Shown: positions 56,313-64,000 of the stretch, one piece after another
How positions within the stretch are numbered: the first letter of the stretch is position 1
Layout: each line of letters begins with the position of its first letter
Origin: an uncultured Lachnospiraceae bacterium
GTDB lineage: Bacteria; Bacillota; Clostridia; Lachnospirales; Lachnospiraceae
Assembly (NCBI GenBank): GCA_902778245.1
Contig: CACYXH010000003.1
Location: forward strand, 8,017-72,016
Reading direction: 5' to 3'
DNA length: 64,000 nt
Position numbers and translations under genes: made by a program
Notes under the pieces: model-generated
Seen by the model: the letters and a program-made list of their open reading frames with translations, nothing else
Database searches by the model: none
What the model was told of the DNA's origin: nothing

Positions 56313-58410
56313 CCGTCATCCTCGGTCACGGTGGCGGAATCCACTTCCTTGCCGTCTGCCTTCAAACGGATAATGATGCTCTTCGGACGTGCCCCGTCCT
56401 GATCGTCGTTGTCCGCCCAGGTCTTCCTGCCTTCTACCTTGATGGTCTCCGGCGTGTGGGTGTTTGTGATGGTGAATCCCTTCTTTGTGTCACCGCTGAT
56501 GGAAATCCCATAGGTTCCGCCAGCGTCTGTTCCTGTGACGACCTCATCCTTCGTTTCCTCTGCCGTGTACTCGATCACCGCACCGTCTTTTAACTTATTC
56601 AAGCCGGTGAAGGCACTCTTCCACCTGTTGTCTTCTGAAAGGGTAACGGCCTTTCCGGTGTCCTCACCGCCTGCCAGCAGCTTCACGGTGATGGATGCCG
56701 GACGGATGCCGTCCTGATTCTCCGCGTCATCCCAGACTTTTTTCACCTCCACGCGAACCTTTACCGGCGTATGCGTGTTGGTGACCGTATAGCCCTTTGT
56801 GGCATCGCCCCTCACTGCAAAGGCATAGGTTCCTTCTCCATCTGTACCCGTAATGACATCGGTTGTCACTTCTTCCACCGTATAGGCGATATCTGCGCCG
56901 TTTTTCTTCGCATCCAGATCGCCAAAGACAGCAGTCCACTTGTCGTCCGCAGAAACCGTCACGGTCTTTCCTGTGTCAACACCGTCTGCCAGCAGTCTGA
57001 TGGTGATATTTTCAGGTCGGATGGCATCGTGATTGCCGGCATCGGCCCATACTTTCGTCACGTTCACCTGGGTCTTACCCGGGGTGTAATGGTTTGTCAC
57101 GTCAAAGCCGTCGATCTGGGACGTGTAGTCCGCAATGACATCTTCCGTTATGGTGTAGGTGATCTCATTGCCCTCTGCGAATTTCGGCAGGTCTGCAAAG
57201 CTCCACTTCCAGCCATCTGCTTCGGTCACGGTAACGGAATCTACTTCCTTGCCGTCTGCTTTCAGGCGGATGGTGATGCTCTCAGGACGCTTGCCATCCC
57301 GGTCATCAGCATCATCCCACGTCTTGCTTCCCTCGACCTTGATGGTCGCCGGCGTATGACTGTTGGTAACCGTGTAGCCCTTAGTCACATCCCCCTCGAT
57401 GGCACAGGCATAGCTGCCCGGACCGTCCATGCCGGTGATGACATCCGTAGTCTGCTCTTCGATGGTGTAGGCAATATCCTTGCCTGATTTATTTGCGTCA
57501 AGACCAGTGAAAGAACCACTCCAGTTGTTTGCTTCAGACAAAACCAGCATCTTGCCTGTGTCCTCGCCGTCGGCAAGCAGCCTGATCGTAACAGAGCTTG
57601 GACGGATGCCATCCTTATCATTTTCGTCCTGCCATACCTTCGTCACGTTCACCTGGGTCTTACCCGGATAGGTGATCTCCTTACCTTCTGCGAACTTCGG
57701 CAGGTCTGCAAAGCTCCACTTCCAACCGTCATCCTCAGTCACGGTGGCGGAATCCACTTCCTTACCGTCTGCCTTCAAACGAAGCGTAATGTTGTCCGGA
57801 CGCTTGCCGTCCTGGTTTTCACTGTCGTCCCAGGTCTTTGCACCGGCTACGGTTACAGTCTCCGGTGTATGTGAGTTCTTAATGTCATATCCGGTGACCT
57901 CGGCATCGTAGCCTTCAACCATTTCTTCCTCAACGGTATATGTTATTTCAGTTCCGTTTTCATTCTTCGGCACATCTTCAAAGGTGTACTTCCAGTCGCC
58001 GTTGTCATCGGCTTCGACCATGGTACTTTTGACCTTCTCTCCGTCTTTCATCAGGTTCACCGTGATGCCATCAGGACGGATACCGTCCTGGTCATCTGCA
58101 TCATCCCATGTCTTGGTGCCTTCAATATTGATGGTCTCCGGCTTGTGTGTGTTGATGATGTTGTACTCATCCACCGTGTTCTCATATCCCTCAACGGTAT
58201 CTTCGGTGACGGTGTACTTGATATCCCCGCCCTTATCGTTCTTCCTGGGCTGGTCTCCGAAGAAATATTTCCACTCTCCAGCCTTTGAGGTCTCTACGGA
58301 GGTCATTTCCTTGCCGTCAGCAAGCAGATGGACAATGATTTTCTCCGGACGGATGCCATCCCGGTCACCTTCATCCTTCCATATCTTCTGACCGGATATT
58401 GTGATCGTAT
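56015..58410 (-). repeat. Intragenic tandem array of 9 CnaB-type repeats in two alternating subtypes, with blocks near-identical at the DNA level
   Basis: The W.D..D.DG.RP....I.L.ADG motif recurs 9 times. Segment 56240-56309 is identical to 57571-57640, and 56310-56365 is nearly identical to 57723-57778. Confidence 0.75.
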
Positions 58411-61207
58411 CCGGCTCTTTCTCGTGCCAGGTGTTGGTCAGGTTCAGGCCGTCCTTCTCTACGGTATAGTTGTCCTTGTACTCGTAGTTTTCCGGCCATT
58501 CCTCGGAGACAACATAGGTCGCGTCTTCGTCCGCGTCCTCGTCAAGCTCCAGCTTCCATTCCCAGATATCCTTCCCGCCAAAATCCGACTTCTTCAGTTC
58601 AATCGGCGATCCTTCGACTTCCTCATCGCCATCTTTGATATGGATTTTTATCATATCAGGGCGGTCTTCTTCTTTATCCCCCTTCCAGGTCTTGGTGCCC
58701 TCTAAGGTGTTCGGATCGGAATCGGGATCCTCGTCGTCATCCCAGTCGATCTTGATATTGATGACATTCGCCATCAGATGGTAATCCGTCAGGACGGTGC
58801 TCCATCCAAAGTTCTTTAAATCATCCATTGTCAGGGATTTGGCTTTATTCAGCGCGGCTCCGCTCAGCTTGGAAAAATCCAAAAGATCCTCGGGATTCGT
58901 GATTCCATCAATGGATCTGACCGCCTTGGTTGGAATACTGATGTAATTGTCAAATGGGTTGTAGGACACCGGAAGATCAACACCAAGATACTTGATGATC
59001 TGGCGGATGATCTCGCTGGAAAGCTCCGCCCCCTTGTACTCCATAGGAATACCCAGAGTGTATTTGCTGTCGACAAATTCGATCTTCCAGTCTTTGTCCT
59101 TGTCTGTCTTTCCAATGGCTAATTTCGGTATATTAAGAACATCCTTAAATATGTTGAGATCAACACCAAGAGACAGCTCACTGATTAAGCCGATCGGATC
59201 CATGCCACCCTTGATCGGGTTGATGACCGGAAATTCATAATCCAGTACACCCCCCAGATCAATACCTGCTGCTCCGGCAAGTCCCTGTGCGTTGCCCAGA
59301 GCACCCGCCTTCGGCTGGCACATCAGCACCAGCCACACAGAATCCGGCATATCGTCATCGTCCACGCCGAAGGAGAGCCAGCGTTTCACCACATCAATCT
59401 CTATGATGGCCTTATCGGTGATAGTATAGGTATCGTCATCCTTCTTGTAGGACACCTTGTACTTTGTGGCATGGGCATCTTCCGTGCCACCGGATAACAC
59501 GGATTCATATGCCGCAACGTGGTACGTCACCTCATTGGTGTCGTCGCCCTTGTCGCTGTCGTCCTTGTCATAGACGATGCGCTTTTCCGCAGAAGCAAAG
59601 CCCAGCTGCTCGATCAGTTTGTCATAGAGCGTTTCCGGCGTGGCATTCAGCTTATCGATCAGATCATCATAGCCTTTGTCCGCCGCGCTCTTGATGTCCT
59701 CCGGAAGCGCGTCCCAATAGGACTTACCCTCGGACTTGATCTGGCTGATCCAGGAATCATATTGCGCTTTTCCCTGCTTGACGAGGTTTCTGATCTTACT
59801 TCCCAGCTCCTGCAGGGCGGTCTCCTCCTTCAGCTCCCGGACGCGGTACTCCGCTTTGTCCTCTTTCCCGTCAGAGACGGCCACCTGCACCTTCCAGTTG
59901 TTGTCATCGTTCAGTTCAACCAGCTTTACGGTCTCCCATTTGCTGTCCTTCTTCTTCTGGACCACGACCTGGATATTGTCCGGCTTGTCCTTATTCTCCA
60001 GATCGATCTCCCACTTCTTCTCGATCGTCAGATCCGGATAGACATTGGTAAACTCCACCGTACTCGACTGTCCGTTCTTTATGGCCTCCATCATTGCCGG
60101 ATCTTCCGCAGAGATTGGTTCCTCGCCGTCGGTCGCTTCTGCGTCGGAGGTTCCTTCACCATTCTTCTTTGCATCTGCAACCCAGCTTTTGAATGTCGGT
60201 TTTCCATCCTCGTCCGTAATCTTGGCGATCAGCACCATCTTCTCGGTGTCATCGTAGGTACATTTTTCGTTTTCTCCCTTTTCCTCTGTAACGGAATAAA
60301 GATAAAGACCGTTCTCATCGATCAGAAATCCGGCTTCTGTTTCTCCCGCACCCTTGATACTTATCTCGTCCTTGAGAGGCAGAGGGGTATTATCATTGGC
60401 ATCATCTTTTACCTTGATCTTAAATTTGTATTCTTCTTTATCATCAGCCAGCTTGCCCTTGACCGTTTTTTTGATGGTCAATGGGAAATAGCCTGTCAAC
60501 ATGTTCGTAACGTCGCAGGTCCATGTGCGGCTCTCCTCGTCAAAAGAGGGCTGTTTATAAGTCTGCGTATAGCCTTTCACATGACTCTCTATCACAGAAT
60601 AGGTAAGTTCGTTGCCGTCGCCATCTTTTCCCGGCAGGTATCTGGCTTCATATGTACCATCATCTTTGACCGGCACTTCAACCGTCCTGACGTACTCTTC
60701 CTTGCTGTTGATGACAGAAAGGCGCACCGTCTCAGGGCGCAGGTATTCCTTGTCTTCATCCCCTTCCCAGGCAACCTTTCCCTTTACATTGACGTAGTCT
60801 TCCCCTACCCATGTATTCGTAATGGTGTAGTAGACATCATCTATGTCATCCTTCTTTTCGACTACCTGGGAAGTGAATCCCTCCACCGGCGTTTCGATGA
60901 TGGTATATACGTATTTATGACCATGTTCGTCTACCCGGCGCAGATTGTTGCCATCGGCATCCTTTTCAATGACCCTTTCGCTCCATTCCTGAGTCGAATC
61001 ATCTCTTGTCAGCTTCGCCTCCGCAATTTTCTCGTCATCGCGGTAGACGTCAAAGCTGACCTCGTCAGGATAGTCCGTGTTTGCATCCGTATTAGCCCAT
61101 TCCTTGGAAATGTGAATCTTCAGGTTTTCACTTTGCCGCATGTAATATACGGTAAAATTGTACGTAAAAGCGGGTATAGCCGGCAACTTCCGGCGCTTCA
61201 AACACAT
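56309..61207 (-). CDS. Adhesin fragment 3: CnaB/prealbumin-like domains, a large duplicated module and the CnaB tandem array
   Basis: The open frame is 1632 aa. The ORF-track N-terminus (MCLKRRKL...) is out-of-frame read-in. The real sequence enters at about 61166 (..TYNFTVYYMRQSENLKIHISKEW). Confidence 0.65.
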   Translation of the reverse strand: MCLKRRKLPAIPAFTYNFTVYYMRQSENLKIHISKEWANTDANTDYPDEVSFDVYRDDEKIAEAKLTRDDSTQEWSERVIEKDADGNNLRRVDEHGHKYVYTIIETPVEGFTSQVVEKKDDIDDVYYTITNTWVGEDYVNVKGKVAWEGDEDKEYLRPETVRLSVINSKEEYVRTVEVPVKDDGTYEARYLPGKDGDGNELTYSVIESHVKGYTQTYKQPSFDEESRTWTCDVTNMLTGYFPLTIKKTVKGKLADDKEEYKFKIKVKDDANDNTPLPLKDEISIKGAGETEAGFLIDENGLYLYSVTEEKGENEKCTYDDTEKMVLIAKITDEDGKPTFKSWVADAKKNGEGTSDAEATDGEEPISAEDPAMMEAIKNGQSSTVEFTNVYPDLTIEKKWEIDLENKDKPDNIQVVVQKKKDSKWETVKLVELNDDNNWKVQVAVSDGKEDKAEYRVRELKEETALQELGSKIRNLVKQGKAQYDSWISQIKSEGKSYWDALPEDIKSAADKGYDDLIDKLNATPETLYDKLIEQLGFASAEKRIVYDKDDSDKGDDTNEVTYHVAAYESVLSGGTEDAHATKYKVSYKKDDDTYTITDKAIIEIDVVKRWLSFGVDDDDMPDSVWLVLMCQPKAGALGNAQGLAGAAGIDLGGVLDYEFPVINPIKGGMDPIGLISELSLGVDLNIFKDVLNIPKLAIGKTDKDKDWKIEFVDSKYTLGIPMEYKGAELSSEIIRQIIKYLGVDLPVSYNPFDNYISIPTKAVRSIDGITNPEDLLDFSKLSGAALNKAKSLTMDDLKNFGWSTVLTDYHLMANVINIKIDWDDDEDPDSDPNTLEGTKTWKGDKEEDRPDMIKIHIKDGDEEVEGSPIELKKSDFGGKDIWEWKLELDEDADEDATYVVSEEWPENYEYKDNYTVEKDGLNLTNTWHEKEPDTITISGQKIWKDEGDRDGIRPEKIIVHLLADGKEMTSVETSKAGEWKYFFGDQPRKNDKGGDIKYTVTEDTVEGYENTVDEYNIINTHKPETINIEGTKTWDDADDQDGIRPDGITVNLMKDGEKVKSTMVEADDNGDWKYTFEDVPKNENGTEITYTVEEEMVEGYDAEVTGYDIKNSHTPETVTVAGAKTWDDSENQDGKRPDNITLRLKADGKEVDSATVTEDDGWKWSFADLPKFAEGKEITYPGKTQVNVTKVWQDENDKDGIRPSSVTIRLLADGEDTGKMLVLSEANNWSGSFTGLDANKSGKDIAYTIEEQTTDVITGMDGPGSYACAIEGDVTKGYTVTNSHTPATIKVEGSKTWDDADDRDGKRPESITIRLKADGKEVDSVTVTEADGWKWSFADLPKFAEGNEITYTITEDVIADYTSQIDGFDVTNHYTPGKTQVNVTKVWADAGNHDAIRPENITIRLLADGVDTGKTVTVSADDKWTAVFGDLDAKKNGADIAYTVEEVTTDVITGTDGEGTYAFAVRGDATKGYTVTNTHTPVKVRVEVKKVWDDAENQDGIRPASITVKLLAGGEDTGKAVTLSEDNRWKSAFTGLNKLKDGAVIEYTAEETKDEVVTGTDAGGTYGISISGDTKKGFTITNTHTPETIKVEGRKTWADNDDQDGARPKSIIIRLKADGKEVDSATVTEDDG

Positions 61208-63662
61208 ACTCCGAGATATCCTTTACCACGGATTTATCCACGTCTGCGTAACGGCTATACCAGAGCCTGTCTTTCTGCAGAAGCAAAGTATGCTTACCTG
61301 TGACTTTGTCATCAACTGTTACCTTAATTTCATCAAGGTCAGGCTCATCCTCAAAAACAGCCTGAACTTCACACTGGACGCTGTTATAAAATGTGCGGTA
61401 GTTATACACATTCAAGCCATTGGCAATACCGACCCACTCTGGACCTTCCGATCCGTTCGGGATGATCTCCGTCACGCTATACTTTGCATTAGGGTCGTAG
61501 TTCTCCAAAGTCCTTGTCCAGATCCAGGTGTCCTGACCGGAATAATCGGCTTTGTTCAACCGGATCGGCGATTCCGTGATCTCAATACCGTCTTTTTTAA
61601 TATGAAGTTCAACATAGTCCGGTATCACATCCCAATCATAAATCGACTCCCAGCGGACGGTACCAATAATGGTATTTTCACTCGATGAATCCGAGTTAAT
61701 TACTTTTACACTTTTTGTGTAATCATTATCGCTGGCTGCGAGACCGGGAGTAGAAATAAAATCTCCGAAAGACTTGACCGCAGCTTTCGTATTTACGTCG
61801 TACTCATTGCGGAGCAGATTTTCAATCACTGAGTTATCAAGTTCGCATCCCTGATATTGCATTTGAATACCATTGCGGTACTTTGGAACAATGTATGTCA
61901 GTCCCCAACCGTGATCGTCATTCACTTCTCCAATCGCAAGAGGCGTATTTTCAATACTGACAAGGTTGTCTTGTGTGGTAAGCACCTCCGCCTCTCCAAG
62001 ACTTTTAAGTGTGCTTGTCTCCCCTGCCAGGGGGTTGAGTACTGTGACCCATTCATTTGGAACCTTTTTCTCATTGGCCTTGTCTTCCCAGCCGCTTTCC
62101 GGCTTTTGCAGCAAAGCAAGATAGACGGATTCCGGTTTCTTATCGGGATCAGTCAGCTGCCAAAGCTTATTCAATTTCAGGTTCATGACAGCTGTTGCCG
62201 TGATCGTGGTCTCTGCGGTATCATCTGTCATTTTTTCATCATATCCGATATAATATTGAGTACCATGAGACTGTTCTGTTTTGCCCGCGGCATTATCATA
62301 GGCTTCCACGCCGCGCAGAATATAACAATTACCTTCTTCCGGAGTAATCGGGTACAGCACACCGCCTTCTTCCATCACACGGACGCGATATTCGTAAAAA
62401 TATGCCTGTCCATTATCAAAACCGAACTTTGGAAGATCGCTCTGGTCATCATATTTCCACTCCTTATCCATATTTGTAAAAATAGTTCTTTCCAGATGCC
62501 ACTGGTCATCAGTCGCGGCTTTTCTGCTGAAAATGCCCAGAATCAAAGGTGCATAGCCAGTGGGGACATCCTTTTTCTCGACATCCACATTCCATACGAC
62601 ATTGGTCTTGATCGTCACCTTTGCATCAGATTTCACGATGATATCGACCTGTCTGTTTTCTCCCTCCTGCATATAGACAACCTGTCTTTTGGAGCCGGCA
62701 AGGGATTGGCCTCCAATCACGCCGTCTGTAACAAAGGTATATAGATATTTCTCTTTATATGGCAGATATAGTGAAGCTTTACCATCATTATTAGTCGTTG
62801 CTGTGGTAAAAGACTTTTCACTGTTATCGATATCCAGTGTATCACTGACGGTAACCGTCATATTTGCGGCAGGCCTTGTCATGTCATCATCAAACCAGAC
62901 TGCCACCGGCACTTTATAGAGTTTGTGGGGACAGATGCCTTCCTTCATACCGCTGCCAAACGTATAGGAGCTATAGTAATAATCTGTACCGATGATATTT
63001 TCGTCCGGATCGGACAGATTAAAGCTCCAGTCATCGAAATAGAGGTCGATTTTGAAATAGATCTTTTTCGCATTCTTCTCCACTATCTTTAGTTCCAGAC
63101 AGCCCTTTTCCCCCTCCCGGGCACAGGTGTGGATCAAGTTCACTGAGATGTCCTCATCTGAGAAACTGTCTTTCTCGTGTCTGGCAGTAATACAGCATCC
63201 GCCATGACAATCCATATTCAGAGAAAGAATCGGGCCGATATCGATTTTGAAAATATACAGGTTGATTTTTAAGCTAAGAAAACCGCCTTGTACAGCAAGC
63301 TGTGAGCCGATATAAAAATTTATATCTTTGTTATAATCTGATTCATTCAGCACAGTAAGCTTGCTGATCTTCACCGGCGTTTTGAAGTTTTTAATATTAG
63401 CGCCGAACACCCCTAACGTGTATTCGAAATCGGTTGTGAGAGTTCCCTCGACTTCAATGGGGGTTTTATCAAATTCTACTTGCAAATTGTAATCAAGGTC
63501 TATATTAAAAAGTTCAACCGGTATGGACAGAGTAGCGATATTTTTGGTTTCTCTTCCTGTTGTGGCGCCGGTGGTCTTGAATTTAAAATCCAGGCTGAAT
63601 TTCAACTCAAGGCTCAGTCCAAAAGACAGATTCCACACATCGACATCCGCTTTGGCTGTCGG
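61128..63662 (-). CDS. Adhesin fragment 2: beta-rich Cys-containing domain, SdrD/prealbumin-like domain and the first copy of the large module
   Basis: It is in the same frame as fragment 1, directly after the TAG at 63665-63663. There is no RBS or signal peptide at the GTG listed in the track. Confidence 0.6.
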   Translation of the reverse strand, partial: PTAKADVDVWNLSFGLSLELKFSLDFKFKTTGATTGRETKNIATLSIPVELFNIDLDYNLQVEFDKTPIEVEGTLTTDFEYTLGVFGANIKNFKTPVKISKLTVLNESDYNKDINFYIGSQLAVQGGFLSLKINLYIFKIDIGPILSLNMDCHGGCCITARHEKDSFSDEDISVNLIHTCAREGEKGCLELKIVEKNAKKIYFKIDLYFDDWSFNLSDPDENIIGTDYYYSSYTFGSGMKEGICPHKLYKVPVAVWFDDDMTRPAANMTVTVSDTLDIDNSEKSFTTATTNNDGKASLYLPYKEKYLYTFVTDGVIGGQSLAGSKRQVVYMQEGENRQVDIIVKSDAKVTIKTNVVWNVDVEKKDVPTGYAPLILGIFSRKAATDDQWHLERTIFTNMDKEWKYDDQSDLPKFGFDNGQAYFYEYRVRVMEEGGVLYPITPEEGNCYILRGVEAYDNAAGKTEQSHGTQYYIGYDEKMTDDTAETTITATAVMNLKLNKLWQLTDPDKKPESVYLALLQKPESGWEDKANEKKVPNEWVTVLNPLAGETSTLKSLGEAEVLTTQDNLVSIENTPLAIGEVNDDHGWGLTYIVPKYRNGIQMQYQGCELDNSVIENLLRNEYDVNTKAAVKSFGDFISTPGLAASDNDYTKSVKVINSDSSSENTIIGTVRWESIYDWDVIPDYVELHIKKDGIEITESPIRLNKADYSGQDTWIWTRTLENYDPNAKYSVTEIIPNGSEGPEWVGIANGLNVYNYRTFYNSVQCEVQAVFEDEPDLDEIKVTVDDKVTGKHTLLLQKDRLWYSRYADVDKSVVKDISEYVFEAPEVAGYTRFYVQFYRILHAAK

Positions 63663-64000
63663 CTAGCTTGCGCTGAAGTTTGAAATTTCACCGGACCAAT
63701 TGGTTCCTGAAGGTGTCCTGTCCCATGAAATACCGGCACGCAGTAATGGTCTTCCGGAAGCATCATTTTTAACGACCCAATGTCCGTCAGAAAAGAGCTC
63801 ATTGACCCAGATATCCTCTGTTTTTTTAAGAGGAACGATCATGGTGTCACCGTCGTATATCGGCACATCCTCAAAGACTAAAATATTGTCATACGCCACA
63901 TTTTCGCCAAGGAAAACAATGCCGGTTTTTCCTTGCAGGTCTTCGGCGGATATGGCCGGTGTCACATACGCGGTCAATCCGTCCTCGCCAAGTTTCACAG
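63663..64000 (-). CDS. Adhesin fragment 1 (partial; continues upstream of the window), ending at an in-frame TAG
   Basis: The open frame runs from the window edge to the TAG: ...GISWDRTPSGTNWSGEISNFSAS*. Confidence 0.55.
   Translation of the reverse strand, partial: VKLGEDGLTAYVTPAISAEDLQGKTGIVFLGENVAYDNILVFEDVPIYDGDTMIVPLKKTEDIWVNELFSDGHWVVKNDASGRPLLRAGISWDRTPSGTNWSGEISNFSAS

Larger units (their letters stand above)
55611..64000 (-). pseudogene. Giant LPXTG-anchored CnaB-repeat surface adhesin gene (>2,790 codons, 5' end beyond the window), interrupted by an in-frame TAG, a 1-nt frameshift and an 82-nt deletion
   Basis: Four consecutive ORFs share repeat families and join seamlessly once the three lesions are corrected. 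Only the last carries the sorting signal, and none within the window has a signal peptide. Confidence 0.6.

Noticed and set aside
61166-61169. The U4 run (CGC UUU UAC) could be a programmed +1 ribosomal frameshift site.
   Set aside because: tRNA-Phe could re-pair at +1 on UUUU. However, there is no slow or stop codon in the A site (UAC is an ordinary Tyr codon). I see no upstream SD-like stimulator and no downstream structure. A mutation or a sequencing indel is more likely.
59519-61303. Very long plus-strand ORFs lie antisense to real genes. They are 594 aa at 59519-61303, 295 aa at 61857-62744, 299 aa at 38346-39245 (opposite ftsY), 283 aa at 50985-51836 (opposite the DAHP synthase gene) and 203 aa at 43150-43761.
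   Set aside because: Their translations are low-complexity or implausible and have no recognisable motifs, RBSs or signal features. In every case the opposite strand encodes a well-supported protein. Asp/Lys/Thr/Glu-rich sense codons (GAT, AAA, ACC, GAA) simply lack stop codons on the antisense strand.
63663-63665. The in-frame TAG in the adhesin could reflect genetic-code reassignment or pyrrolysine.
   Set aside because: TAG clearly functions as a stop elsewhere in the window. One example is pta, which ends at its expected C-terminus ..VQAQK-TAG. No pyl genes are visible here, and the same gene carries two further frame-disrupting lesions. An ordinary nonsense mutation or a base error is the simpler explanation.
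1-64000. I searched the window for rRNA, tRNA, tmRNA, CRISPR arrays, IS elements or transposases, integrases, phage genes, a reverse transcriptase (a DGR partner for the variable adhesin) and restriction-modification or other defence genes.
   Set aside because: None was seen in the ORF translations or in the intergenic regions, all of which are under 275 nt. The only toxin-antitoxin or defence-like locus is the HipA-family module. Small structured RNAs cannot be fully excluded without covariance-model searches.

Overview
This is a 64-kb chromosomal segment from a spore-forming Firmicute. It is probably a Clostridia / Lachnospiraceae-like organism, which I infer only from gene content and order. 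I count about 60 tightly packed protein genes, and all but four lie on the minus strand. Most are core housekeeping genes in blocks that mirror Bacillus/Clostridium synteny. In minus-strand transcription order within each block these are:
- recU then hisZ (partial), with rluD further upstream
- ygiQ, HAD, rsuA-type, m5C-methyltransferase and RelQ-like alarmone synthetase genes
- ylbJ (plus strand) next to rsmD-coaD
- a SASP gene
- rpmB (plus strand), divergent from asp23-DAK2(yloV)-recG
- ytfI-ytfJ
- U32-rodA/ftsW-PBP2
- cobU-cobS-cobU'-cobC-ruvA-ruvB-zapA
- spoIVA
- PAP2-pssA-psd, preceded by ilvA
- plsX-acpP-rnc-smc-ftsY
- yceD-rpmF
- pta-ackA
- rnhA

I found no rRNA, tRNA, CRISPR array, transposase, integrase or phage gene.

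The accessory or unusual parts are:
1. A two-gene HipA-family kinase module (2.6-4.0 kb). Its partner protein looks like an HTH + HipA-N (HipB-HipS-like) fusion, and a perfect operator palindrome sits inside its promoter.
2. A GC-rich hairpin element of about 111 nt, flanked by 13-nt direct repeats, wedged between pta and ackA.
3. An SMS-like PAP2_C transferase translationally coupled to pssA-psd.
4. The right-hand 12 kb, which is clearly accessory. It holds a PreA-like Fe-S flavoenzyme, a VanX-type dipeptidase, an alpha/beta hydrolase and gene remnants. It also holds a giant (>2,790 codon) LPXTG-anchored CnaB-repeat adhesin running off the window end. That adhesin is broken in three independent places: an in-frame TAG, a 1-nt frameshift, and an 82-nt deletion inside near-identical repeats.

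All functional calls rest on my own reading of the translated ORFs and motifs. No database search was run.
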